Source: a bacterium (GTDB taxonomy: Bacteria > Patescibacteriota > Minisyncoccia > UBA6257 > 02-FULL-45-10c). From it: DNA of 64,000 nucleotides. Of this stretch, positions 12,501 to 19,158 are shown one piece after another. Each line of letters starts with the position of its first letter. Within the stretch, counting starts at the first letter, position 1. The notes below the pieces were generated by a model. The model made no database searches. It saw only the letters and a program-made list of their open reading frames with translations, and was not told where the DNA came from. Both the position numbers and the translations under genes were made by a program. Where the stretch lies: the NCBI GenBank assembly GCA_021786945.1, contig JAJYMK010000003.1, positions 457,471 through 521,470 of the forward strand, read 5' to 3'.

Positions 12501-13500
12501 TCAAACTAGTGGCATCAGACTTCCCATAATACATATATATAGTGTCTTGAGTATTTGCCGGAATAGACGGAACTTTTACCCAAGATTTTTTATCAGATTC
12601 CTGCCAAAAATTAAGCAATGTACTTCCGTCACTATCAGCAAACCTAACATCTCCATAATCAAGGCGAGCTTTCGTACCAAGATATTGACTATAAACTTCA
12701 GAAGCCGAAAGGGCACGATTATAAATTCTAACTTCATCAACCATACCTTTCCATCGTCTATCTACAGTTGTGGCAAATCCGGTACCGATAGCAAAATTTG
12801 AAATTGTGCTCGGCCAATAAGTATTCGTTCCGGAAAAAACCCTAGTACCATTTAAATATCCTTCATGCCAACTTCTTGAAGTATCCCAAATATAAACAAT
12901 ATGATACCAAGTATTGATCTGCATCCCAGAAGGAATGTAATTAAAACTCGTATAAGTTCCGGCATCGTTTCCGGTTAAACCGCCAAAAGTACCAGAAGCA
13001 TTTTCTTCAAATCTTATTCCTACATTTGAACCATCAAGCTTTGTGGCTAAAGGGTTGTGATAATTTTCCATTACGGAGGCATTTACCCAAAAAGATAATG
13101 TCCCCTGAGTAGGAAAGGATCCCAAGCTTCCGGCTGAGATATAGCTACTACCATCAAAATTTCTGGCATTTCCATATTTACCAGCAACAATTGTTGTTCC
13201 AACAACCGTACCATTATAGCCATTACCAGATGAGTCAGAAGCAATTGATCCAGAACTTTCATTTAAATGCCAGCTTCCCAGCAAACCAGTTTCATTGTAA
13301 ATAGCATTTGTTGTATCTACGCCAACCTGATAATCAGTTAAAGCACTTCCGGCTGTATTGTCTATTGTAATCGCGCGCCTATTTGACCAGCCCGTAAGCC
13401 AGGCGGCTTCTGCCTTTGAAAAAGGCAAAAACCCTGCAAGCAGGGTTATGGCAAAGAAAGATACTATTGTTAATTTATTTCTGTTCATCTCCGGCTCCAA
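6529..13500 (-). CDS. giant secreted repeat protein (2323 aa): signal peptide plus four modules of split DUF2341 with nested LamG-like jelly-roll, and a fifth C-terminal LamG-like domain
   Basis: Signal peptide MEPEMNRNKLTIVSFFAITLLAGFLPFSKAEA. Recurring (R/K)RAITIDNTSGSALYDYQVPVDL ... WHxxEGxG ... (I/V/L)DExR(I/T)YNRALSxxEI..LY ... D(I/L)RFSDD ... YW(L/I)ESDKK(A/S/V)WVKVPxIPAxTQKTIYMYYGNS. DNA-level repeats at ~8.0, 9.5, 11.0, 12.5 kb. Confidence 0.8.
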   Translation of the reverse strand: MEPEMNRNKLTIVSFFAITLLAGFLPFSKAEAAWLTGWSNRRAITIDNTAGSALTDYQVGVDTTNAIYNETGLLGSWHLNESSGSIASDSSGNGYNGTVVGTTIVAGKYGNARNFDGSSYISAGSLGSFPTQGTLSFWVNASVMENYHNPLATKLDGSNVGIRFEENASGTFGGLTGNDAGTYTSFNYIPSGMQINTWYHIVYIWDTSRSWHEGYLNGTRVFSGTNTYWPSTISNFAIGTGFATTVDRRWKGMVDEVRIYNRALSASEVYSQYLGTKARLDYGDVRFADSDGSTLLNFWQESDKKSWVKVPSIPANTQDTIYMYYGKSDATSLSSISNTFIFGDDFNSGTIDSNKWLVSAGTASDVISASSGQLRSYQDGTVPVKSLQSAIAVNGDFIVDYSAKTVSIASGHNVNLGIMDSNQADGNGFWPFFTTSTFSLYKRAPGAWTLLQGSVGSYALNTFNNYKIILNGSNVGFYKDDIQVGGTQSITFGTNRYLILPRWWNEPTGDIADQYFDNIRVRKYAAIEPAVSVYGEQDNLTYSKRRAITIDNTSGSALYDYQVPVDLTTTTYNNTGLIGDWHFNEGQGSSAADSSGLNNSLALYNSPTWTVESGCKSGTCLSFNGSSQYGRLTTPAFQKSNGQELTVALWIKPGRLGGQYQDIIGNRSAAAGLNWLLYQHATDGSIQLHGAAQNKSSYIPSTTSWTYIVATVDSLGISKLYANSVLVQAISGYTYGAVTPNELTVGNFGTTEYYLGQIDEPRIYNRALSPAEISDLYNASKNRIDSNDIRFSDDASSYNDQTWNSSFSYWLESDKKAWVKVPYIPAATQKTIYMYYGNSSADSQSDISNTFLFGDDFDTGIISTDKWNKEGNIWTVNRSGAEIPTSGTAGVTFSVLRSKKFSIDNAIMESAITPLTVGGSYGKALICRSSDSNNMYVADLEAWSINSTELGKRVGGTWTNLSTLATNGGVTANVNYKILTKFVGTSLTNTVTNNITGAITTTSATDSSLTSGGVGLEVDRDETASAANFSYFFVRKYTATEPTTSVYSEQNNLTYAKRRAITVDNTSGSALYDYQVPVDLTTAFYNTQGLFSDYHFDEGAGPTIFDSSENRNHRGVQVGPLWVTGKYGNALYFNSSSVGLGNFDISGQGTPFSVFMWINTTQTGVAGDDSIMFSKRTGTNTFSFDLEGTSIRVSNWGSNAVIGTGTVNNGAWHQVGFTWNGTVVSIYIDGIVNAIGSVPLTTQSIANGNSLGAFDSGTTRPYVGSIDELRTYSRALSPLEIANLYNNSEISLNYSDLRFSDDASYNDQSWASSYSYWLESDKKAWVKVPYIPASTQKTIYMYYGNSSAPAQSDGNNTFQFFDDFVVPYISTNWALVAGSSIANGYLTTASTNDNPVFSTQLFPAVKVVDFDFYRADTGRNPQLVARGNDASNLVRFYRHTDADNNFVWQSRTGGTWSGETVVGTVPLATGVWHTASLAYTGTQDRLTINGVYSGGYTNSLFTGNSKMGFDSYASTGIFDRVRVRKYTATEPTTSLYAEQNKVSFTTKRAVTINNTSNSSTLYDYQVPVDITNTIYNNTNVVASWHLDEGQGLYAGDMSGNNNYGTLVNSPTWVATSSCKFGTCSQFNGGSQYITFATPPHTGTGSFTISAWIKTSTTGARQGIINYGGAATGQGLWLYVNTSNQLAFDLAGVAGPTSSVTVTNGAWHFVSAVYNGSSVQLYVDGSASGSSLAMSPNITGSTINAIGARPDILEWYFNGYIDEVKVFNAALSAADISNFYNASKAELNFDDLRFSDSSNLNDETWNFSYPYWIESDKKVWVKVPVIAGSANKTIYMYYGNSNATPGSDGPSTFIYWDDGSNRSGWTVSGAYQNITVGYIPPSYDTPFSSVNNYMFKNVGLKPNNIVEYNQRLASSGRAIGDFFFLVNNNGTGQAFNFDTNTGTGDHSNWYTTSSWNGWSVGSDTGFSPALNTWYKLKLTLTGTAAQININGTDYTPTFTFSNNGGNIGLISDGGTAHDSYWDNIRIRKYTVTEPTITIAALAVDCGMRAYDGTAVIAFACDTSEASPLQVAKSTAPTSGLVGYWKFDEGTGLSAADSSGNNNNGTLINGPTWTIAGKINGGLTFDGVDSYVSVPRTSSLTLNGKWTLAAWVYRNSATQSFVFAPRLVNQYYDDFSMPISPDGTLNVSEYYYPGYTWIGVNSVTKLGVGQWYHVVGTYDYSANYMALYINGALDNYINTSLLPVYQGNPIAIGSDPYSLSGRTLDGKLDEVRIYNRALSPSEITSLYSSGAPIYNIKLVDPSDSSASKFRVQTSGGTKAIMKYTP
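7990..12610 (-). repeat. intragenic ~1.5-kb tandem repeat modules inside the giant gene
   Basis: near-identical segments, e.g. ccataatacatatatatagt...acttttacccaagcctttttgtccgattc, at ~7992, ~9473, ~10992, ~12525. Confidence 0.7.
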
Positions 13501-13546
13501 ATTTTTTAATTCGTATTATTCGTAATATTTAATAAATATTCGTATT

Positions 13547-14608
13547 TTACAGGTCTGTCCTTATCCAAATTTGTCCAACGACAGGAGAAGCCGGATCGGA
13601 AGTTCTGTTTTCAATAACTAATCCACCAAGAGCCTTGATCGTTCCTTTTCCGCTGTCTACCTGAATTGCCGCGCCACCGCCGGCATTAGCAGCATAAATA
13701 GCGGGGTTGCTCGCACTGGTAGTTTCAATTTTTGCGCCGCTGTTTGCCGAAGTTTGAGAGCCAATGGTAAGTTTATAATTTGTATCTGGGGAAGTTTGGT
13801 TTATACCCACAACGCCCCTGCTTGCCGCCAATATCGCTCCATTTTCTGTATATAAAGCCGTTCGAGTATTTGTTGTTGAATCGCTACTAGAGCCATAAGC
13901 ACTACCATTACCTATATAAAGAACAGCGTTTGAGCTTGGAAATGTTAAAGTCGTATTTAAAGAAACGTGCGTATTTTGATTTGGGTAGGCGGTTACATCA
14001 TCAACAACTCCTGTAACAATAGCATTTTGGGGTCCGCTTCCACCGCCATTTCTTTTGGTATTTATAGCTAAACTTCCACCCCAATTCGCTCCATTATAAG
14101 ATGTAATTGAGTTAATAATATTTCCACTAGAATAATTTGACCTGAAATTAATAGACTGGTTTGTAGAAAGCGCGCCTAAAATTGTAAGGCTTCCTTGTTC
14201 AATATGTAATTTATCATAAGGCGTAGCTGTTCCAATACCAATATTGCCAGATCCCCTAAAAAGATATCCTCCAGAATCCCCATCTTCACCAAAATATAAA
14301 TTCGCCGAACCAATTCCCCTATTAATTACTCCAGCAACTGTAGTACCACCTTTAAAATAAATCCTTCCATAAGTAACACCGTCACCAATATCAATATTTC
14401 CACCAACGACATTTAATTTAGAAGTTGGACTCGCCGTTCCAATACCCACATTACCACTGCTTACACTAATCGCGCCCGCACCGGAAGAAGGATTGGCCGA
14501 GGGATTTGTCCATGCATAAGAAATTTGAAAAACTAAAACCAAAATTAAACTAATTAATAAAATTGTAGTGGATATTTTCCAAAAATTTATTTTTTTGCTA
14601 GTTTCCAT
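13547..14608 (-). CDS. secreted glycine-rich protein with tail-fibre-like beta-helix motifs
   Basis: N-terminal signal-anchor (…QISYA/WTNP); repeated GN(V/I)GIGTA(S/T)P..KL motifs; 46-nt gap to giant gene on same strand (likely co-transcribed). Confidence 0.5.
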   Translation of the reverse strand: METSKKINFWKISTTILLISLILVLVFQISYAWTNPSANPSSGAGAISVSSGNVGIGTASPTSKLNVVGGNIDIGDGVTYGRIYFKGGTTVAGVINRGIGSANLYFGEDGDSGGYLFRGSGNIGIGTATPYDKLHIEQGSLTILGALSTNQSINFRSNYSSGNIINSITSYNGANWGGSLAINTKRNGGGSGPQNAIVTGVVDDVTAYPNQNTHVSLNTTLTFPSSNAVLYIGNGSAYGSSSDSTTNTRTALYTENGAILAASRGVVGINQTSPDTNYKLTIGSQTSANSGAKIETTSASNPAIYAANAGGGAAIQVDSGKGTIKALGGLVIENRTSDPASPVVGQIWIRTDL

Positions 14609-14630
14609 AAGATACTTATATTATACAATA

Positions 14631-14691
14631 ACTCGGTTAACGAATTAAAGGACTAACGAGTTAAAAAATTAAGGGACTAATACATTAAGAA
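14631..14691. repeat. left arm of imperfect inverted repeats (GTTAAC/TTAACG-rich) flanking the four-helix-bundle gene
   Basis: ctcggttaacgaattaaaggactaacgagttaaaaaattaa shares TAAYGAGTTAA and AAAAAKTTAA blocks with the reverse complement of 15116-15160. Confidence 0.4.
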
Positions 14692-15087
14692 TTAACGGAA
14701 CTTCTGAATAAATTCCCCGCCCCTTCTTTTACGCTCAAGATAATTAATAAAACCCCCAATCTGTGCTGATAATTTTTCTAAATCATCGCTTAAATTTTTA
14801 AAAATTTCTTCATTAATATACCCGACAGTAAAAGAAATCAATAATTGATTTCTAACTTCCCCAGAAGAGCCTTTTGCCATTTTTAAAAATCTAATAAATT
14901 CATTGTTATTATTCTTTTCAAAACCCTCAACTATATTTGAACTTATCGAAACAGAGGCTCTTCTTATTTGATCTCTCAAACCAAAATCTTTTGAAAAATT
15001 TCCATGGGAAACAATGGCATAGATTTCTTTGGTTATTTTCATACTTAGTTTCCAAATCTCCAAATCTTCAAACTTATTTATTTTCAT
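14692..15087 (-). CDS. four-helix-bundle protein (TIGR02436; 23S rRNA intervening-sequence protein family)
   Basis: FEDLEIWKLSMKITKEIY ... LRDQIRRASVSISSNIVEGF ... GSSGEVRNQL signature of the family; 131 aa. Confidence 0.75.
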   Translation of the reverse strand: MKINKFEDLEIWKLSMKITKEIYAIVSHGNFSKDFGLRDQIRRASVSISSNIVEGFEKNNNNEFIRFLKMAKGSSGEVRNQLLISFTVGYINEEIFKNLSDDLEKLSAQIGGFINYLERKRRGGEFIQKFR

Positions 15088-15115
15088 TAAAATATTAATT
15101 ATATCTTTTAGTTCT

Positions 15116-15160
15116 CTAAGTTCGTTAACTTTTTAACCCGTTAACTCATTAACGCCCTAC
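15116..15160. repeat. right arm of imperfect inverted repeats flanking the four-helix-bundle gene
   Basis: aagttcgttaactttttaacccgttaactcattaacgccc; reverse complement resembles the left arm. Confidence 0.4.
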
Positions 15161-15253
15161 TATTCTATCATTGACATTAAAACATCCTAAAGATAATCTG
15201 TTAATAAATATAATATTTTAACTCTTTAATGCATTAACGCGTTAATTCATACA

Positions 15254-15826
15254 ATGCAACACGATAAATTAGTCATAGATATAGAAACAAAAAATACCTT
15301 CGCAGACGTAGGGGGACAGGACCATCTTTTGGACCTGGAAATGTCTTTCGTCGGCGTATATTCCTACAACCAAGATAAATACTTCGGCTATTTTGAGCAT
15401 GAATTCAAAGAGCTTGAACCAATTCTGAAAACCACCGATCTTATAATCGGATTCAGCTCAAACAGATTTGATATTCCGATTTTAAATAAATATTACGACT
15501 GCAACGTAAAAGCAATAGAAAGCCTGGATATTTTGGACGACATAGAAGAAAAACTCGGGCACCGCGTAAAGCTGGACGACCTTGCCATGACAAATCTAAA
15601 AGTGGGAAAAACTGCGCACGGCCTGGAAGCCATAAAATTCTACAATGAAAAAAGATGGGATGATTTGAAAAATTATTGCATCAACGACGTAAAAATCACA
15701 AAAGAACTTTACGATCTCGGAAAAAAACAGGGATATCTTCTGGTGCCCACCGACCACGGCCGCTCAATTGCAAAAGTAGAATTCGACTGGAACAAAAAAA
15801 TCCATTTCGGAAACTTTTTGTTTTAA
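15254..15826 (+). CDS. RNase H-like predicted 3'-5' exonuclease (PolB-exonuclease-like, YprB/RNase_H_2 family)
   Basis: LVIDIETKNTF (DxE exo motif I), GFSSNRFDIPIL, YCINDVKITKELY resemble DEDD-type exonuclease motifs. Confidence 0.55.
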   Translation: MQHDKLVIDIETKNTFADVGGQDHLLDLEMSFVGVYSYNQDKYFGYFEHEFKELEPILKTTDLIIGFSSNRFDIPILNKYYDCNVKAIESLDILDDIEEKLGHRVKLDDLAMTNLKVGKTAHGLEAIKFYNEKRWDDLKNYCINDVKITKELYDLGKKQGYLLVPTDHGRSIAKVEFDWNKKIHFGNFLF

Positions 15827-15855
15827 ATACCGGCCATTCTAAGCCTCTTTATTGT

Positions 15856-15888
15856 CATCCCGCACTTGATGCGGGATCCAGGTTCTTA
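15856..15888. repeat. hairpin motif TTGTCATCCCGC-loop-GCGGGATCCAG (copy 1); bidirectional terminator between convergent genes
   Basis: 7-bp stem ATCCCGC/GCGGGAT; inverted counterpart at 16180-16210. Confidence 0.55.
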
Positions 15889-16170
15889 TAATTCTTCATA
15901 TAAATCCTTCCAATTAGGATTTTTATTTTCAATAAGTTTCAATTTCCAAGCACGATTCCATTTCTTTAGTTGCTTTTCTCTGGTTATAGCCGCATCAACA
16001 TTTGATGTTTCTTCAAAATAAACAAGGGAATGCACTTCATACCTACTTGTAAATCCCTCTACAATATCATTTTTGTGCTGCCATACCCTTTTCTTTAAAT
16101 TATTAGTAACACCAACATACAAAGTACCATTTCTCTTACTCGTCATTATATAAACATAATAAGAATTCAT
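15886..16170 (-). CDS. GIY-YIG nuclease family protein (small stand-alone, UPF0213/YhbQ-like)
   Basis: YYVYIMTSKRNGTLYVGVTNNLKKRVWQH (GIY...YVG motif), conserved R and E downstream; 94 aa. Confidence 0.8.
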   Translation of the reverse strand: MNSYYVYIMTSKRNGTLYVGVTNNLKKRVWQHKNDIVEGFTSRYEVHSLVYFEETSNVDAAITREKQLKKWNRAWKLKLIENKNPNWKDLYEEL

Positions 16171-16179
16171 AAATTATAT

Positions 16180-16210
16180 TTTACTGGATTCCCGCCTTCG
16201 CGGGAATGAC
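16180..16210. repeat. hairpin motif CTGGATTCCCGC-loop-GCGGGAATGACAAG (copy 2, inverted relative to copy 1)
   Basis: 8-bp stem ATTCCCGC/GCGGGAAT; reverse complement matches copy 1 in both arms (TTGTCATYCCCGC / GCGGGAWTCCAG). Confidence 0.55.
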
Positions 16211-16221
16211 AAGTAATAAAA

Positions 16222-16254
16222 ATCTCCCGCGCGTAAACGCGGGAGATTTGATTT
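16222..16254 (-). terminator. intrinsic terminator for the G+C-rich gene 16255-16717
   Basis: hairpin CTCCCGCG-CGTAAA-CGCGGGAG followed (on minus strand) by TTTTATT. Confidence 0.6.
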
Positions 16255-16717
16255 CTACCTGTTGAAGGTGGGGACTCTTTCCATCCTTTCGATGAGGTCT
16301 TTGTCGCTATGGTAAGAGCAGTAATTCTTGCCCATCACCACGTCGCCGAGTATCTCGCCGATCCGCAACTGCGGATTGTGCTTCAGCGCATGCTTCAGCA
16401 TTTTTGCGAACTTGGCGTTCTGGTCGACAGTCCTGATCTTGTTCTGCATGTCCTTCGGAAAACCGAAGGCCAGCATCAGATCGCCCACGCTCGGCTGCCC
16501 CTCCCCGTGAAACGCTCTCAAGTCCATAGCGAACTCGAGATCGGTTTTGTACGAGAAGCAGCCCTCCCCGCTCATGATCCAAAAGATCAGGTTTGCCCAA
16601 GAGGTCTTGGGATTGCGGCAAGCCGCATTCTCAAACGCCTCGGCAAACCGGGCCGAATCCTTGTTCGACCTGTTGCACTTCTGCTCGCCGTAGTAGTTCC
16701 TTCTCTGATTTTTCATA
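16255..16717 (-). CDS. hypothetical protein (154 aa) encoded by a visibly G+C-rich segment
   Basis: Start set at ATG (MKNQRRNYYGEQK) preceded by AGGAGG; the ORF track's longer 16255-16824 version lacks an SD. Several overlapping ORFs on other frames/strands reflect high GC. No family recognised. Confidence 0.5.
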
Positions 16718-16924
16718 TCGTTCCTCCTGGAATTTTCACTGAAACATGCCGAAAACCAATATGCCGACACCCATAACAATCCGGATGGCGGTATCCAATA
16801 ACTCATTAAGCTTATCCGAAGCAATATTCATAAATAAATCCCCTTTTATTAAATTTTCAATGTAATTTTACTATATTAACACAAAAATTGATTTTTGACA
16901 AGTACTAATAAAAATACCCAATTA

Positions 16925-18352
16925 TTATAAAATAAACGACTTCAGCTCAATAAATTTAGCGCTTAACAAACTTTGATTATTTGCCTCCAGATTCAATCTT
17001 AGTAAATTTTCGGAATTAGAAAATCTCAGGCTAAACCACCACTTCCCATCAACGGAATCAAATTCCATTAACAATCCGTCTGTTTCAATTATTTTTTGAG
17101 CCGATTTTTTATAAAAATTTTTTAATCTGACTAATTTTTTCTCAAAAATTTTTTTATCTTTTATTTCAAAATTAGTTTCTTCAATCTGATAATATCGCGG
17201 GAGTACGTCCAAGTATTCAGAAAAATTATTTTTTAACTTAACCACAAAGTTGATTATTTCCAAAGCAGCCAAAATACCACTGTCGCAATAAAAAAACTTT
17301 TTGAAGTAATAATGTCCCGATCGCTCCATTCCCAAATTCGCTTTTTTATTCCTCATCATTTCCTTCATAAACAAATGGCCGACTTTCGATACAAAAGTAC
17401 CTCTTATATTTTTTACGCGACTGCTACTAATAGTAGAAACAACAAATGGCGGTTTATTTTTATTCGTTAATATAAAACCAACAGCGTCCGGATCAACTTG
17501 TCTTCCTAGATTATCCATAAAAAACACCCTGTCTCCGTCTCCGTCAAAAATAATTCCCAAATCGGCTTTTTGTTTTACAACAACTTCCTTAAGCCTATCC
17601 AAAGATCCCGCAACAAGCGGATTGGGGCTATGAGCCGGAAAATTTCCGTTTGGTTTTTCGTTCAAAAAAACAGCGGTTATCTTTTTATTGCTCTTAAATA
17701 AATTTTTCAACACCATTCCCGTTGTCCCACTTGAACAATCAACGACGATTTTAAGCTTTCGTGAAACCTTAAGATGTTTTTTTAAAAAACTTGCATATAC
17801 TTTTAAAGAATAGGGCGCTGGCTTATTTAAAAACTTTGTAGCCAAATGAGCATGTCGACTAAACCTAACTTTTTGAAATGAGTGTGATGAAAAACCAGTA
17901 AGTGAATTGGCTGTAATAAGCGAAGCGGCCTGGGAAGATACAAAAACCTTATTCATAACTTCCCGTCCGCTTATCGGTATCGCCCCCCTCCCCATTATTT
18001 TTAGACCATTGTATTCCTTGGGATTATGCGACGCAGTAACAATTATCCCACCGTCTGCCTTAAATTTATTGACCAAAAAATAAATCTCCGGAGTAGTAGC
18101 CAATCCGGCTTCGATTATTTTTATTTTTTTAAAAGACTTTCCTGGTTGGATTTCTTTTAATGCGGCTAAAACTGATTTATATAATTCCGGAGAACTTAGG
18201 CGCGCATCGTGCCCTACAACGATGTTTTTTTTAAAAATCGCGCTAATTCCGGAAACAATCTTAAAAACAACTTGTTTGTTTATCTCCAAAGGATATATAC
18301 CTCTTATATCATTTGCCTTAAAAATATTTTTATCCAAAAAAATAGGCTCCAT
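16925..18352 (-). CDS. phosphoglucomutase/phosphomannomutase (alpha-D-phosphohexomutase)
   Basis: active-site serine loop GGIIVTASHNPKEYNGLK, metal-binding FDGDGDR, 475 aa four-domain layout. Confidence 0.85.
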   Translation of the reverse strand: MEPIFLDKNIFKANDIRGIYPLEINKQVVFKIVSGISAIFKKNIVVGHDARLSSPELYKSVLAALKEIQPGKSFKKIKIIEAGLATTPEIYFLVNKFKADGGIIVTASHNPKEYNGLKIMGRGAIPISGREVMNKVFVSSQAASLITANSLTGFSSHSFQKVRFSRHAHLATKFLNKPAPYSLKVYASFLKKHLKVSRKLKIVVDCSSGTTGMVLKNLFKSNKKITAVFLNEKPNGNFPAHSPNPLVAGSLDRLKEVVVKQKADLGIIFDGDGDRVFFMDNLGRQVDPDAVGFILTNKNKPPFVVSTISSSRVKNIRGTFVSKVGHLFMKEMMRNKKANLGMERSGHYYFKKFFYCDSGILAALEIINFVVKLKNNFSEYLDVLPRYYQIEETNFEIKDKKIFEKKLVRLKNFYKKSAQKIIETDGLLMEFDSVDGKWWFSLRFSNSENLLRLNLEANNQSLLSAKFIELKSFIL

Positions 18353-18410
18353 CTTGCAATTAATTATATCACTGCTAGGATGTTTTTAGGACCTTAAAGG
18401 AGGAAACTCT

Positions 18411-19013
18411 ATGAAATTCGAAAACCTTTCTGTAAAAGAAGTGGCCAGGGTAATGTCCCCGCTTTTAAAAAGAAACTTCCGGGAATGGAAGAATCTTAAA
18501 AAGCAGGTAATGCTCAAAAGCAAAATAAGTTTTTGCGACAAAGACGACGAAAAAATAGAAAAGCTTCTTTCGTCTGAACCCATGGCGCTGTTCTATGCTC
18601 ACTGGCTTAAATTCGAAAACCTGCAGGACGGCAAAGAAAAACTCGAAGAAAAAATAATCAGCTACATCAAGGGTTTATTCGGCAAAGAACTGAAAGATGA
18701 AAAAAGCGTTGAAAGACTTTATTCAAAATGCAGCTTGATAGCGGGTGTCAGCCGCATAAAAACAATCAAAATGATAGAAGCGGCTGTGGCTATGCAAGAT
18801 CTGATGAATAAGGACTTTCGGGAAATATTCGAAAATAAAAACGCCTACAAAGTAATCATTAAAAGCGCTTTAAAGGCCGAGGACTGGAAACTTTCTCAGT
18901 CTATTTTACTAGGGTGGATATCCCACTTCGAAATAGATCAGGAAAACGTCCTGGATTTCTACCGCATAAGCAACGTAATCATAGAAAAAAGAGAAAAAGA
19001 AATTTTCTCCTAA
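18411..19013 (+). CDS. hypothetical protein (200 aa)
   Basis: ORF with AAAGGAGG SD; terminator hairpin at 19023-19048; no family recognised. Confidence 0.5.
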   Translation: MKFENLSVKEVARVMSPLLKRNFREWKNLKKQVMLKSKISFCDKDDEKIEKLLSSEPMALFYAHWLKFENLQDGKEKLEEKIISYIKGLFGKELKDEKSVERLYSKCSLIAGVSRIKTIKMIEAAVAMQDLMNKDFREIFENKNAYKVIIKSALKAEDWKLSQSILLGWISHFEIDQENVLDFYRISNVIIEKREKEIFS

Positions 19014-19020
19014 AAAAACA

Positions 19021-19055
19021 ATCCCCTTGCTCAACCGAGCAGGGGGATTTTTATC
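19021..19055 (+). terminator. intrinsic terminator
   Basis: 10-bp stem CCCCTTGCTC/GAGCAGGGGG with AACC loop followed by ATTTTTAT. Confidence 0.7.
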
Positions 19056-19158
19056 TAACACATAAATTACGTGTGGGATTTATTCACCTCACCATATATT
19101 AAAATATGCAAATTTTTGTTAAAATAAGTTTAATTTAATATTTATTTAGAGAAGCTAT

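Noticed and set aside
16307-16776. Overlapping ORFs 16307-16621(-), 16309-16776(+) and 16328-16510(+) within the G+C-rich gene
   Set aside because: Multiple frames are open only because of high G+C. The frame with the AGGAGG-ATG start and downstream terminator was kept.
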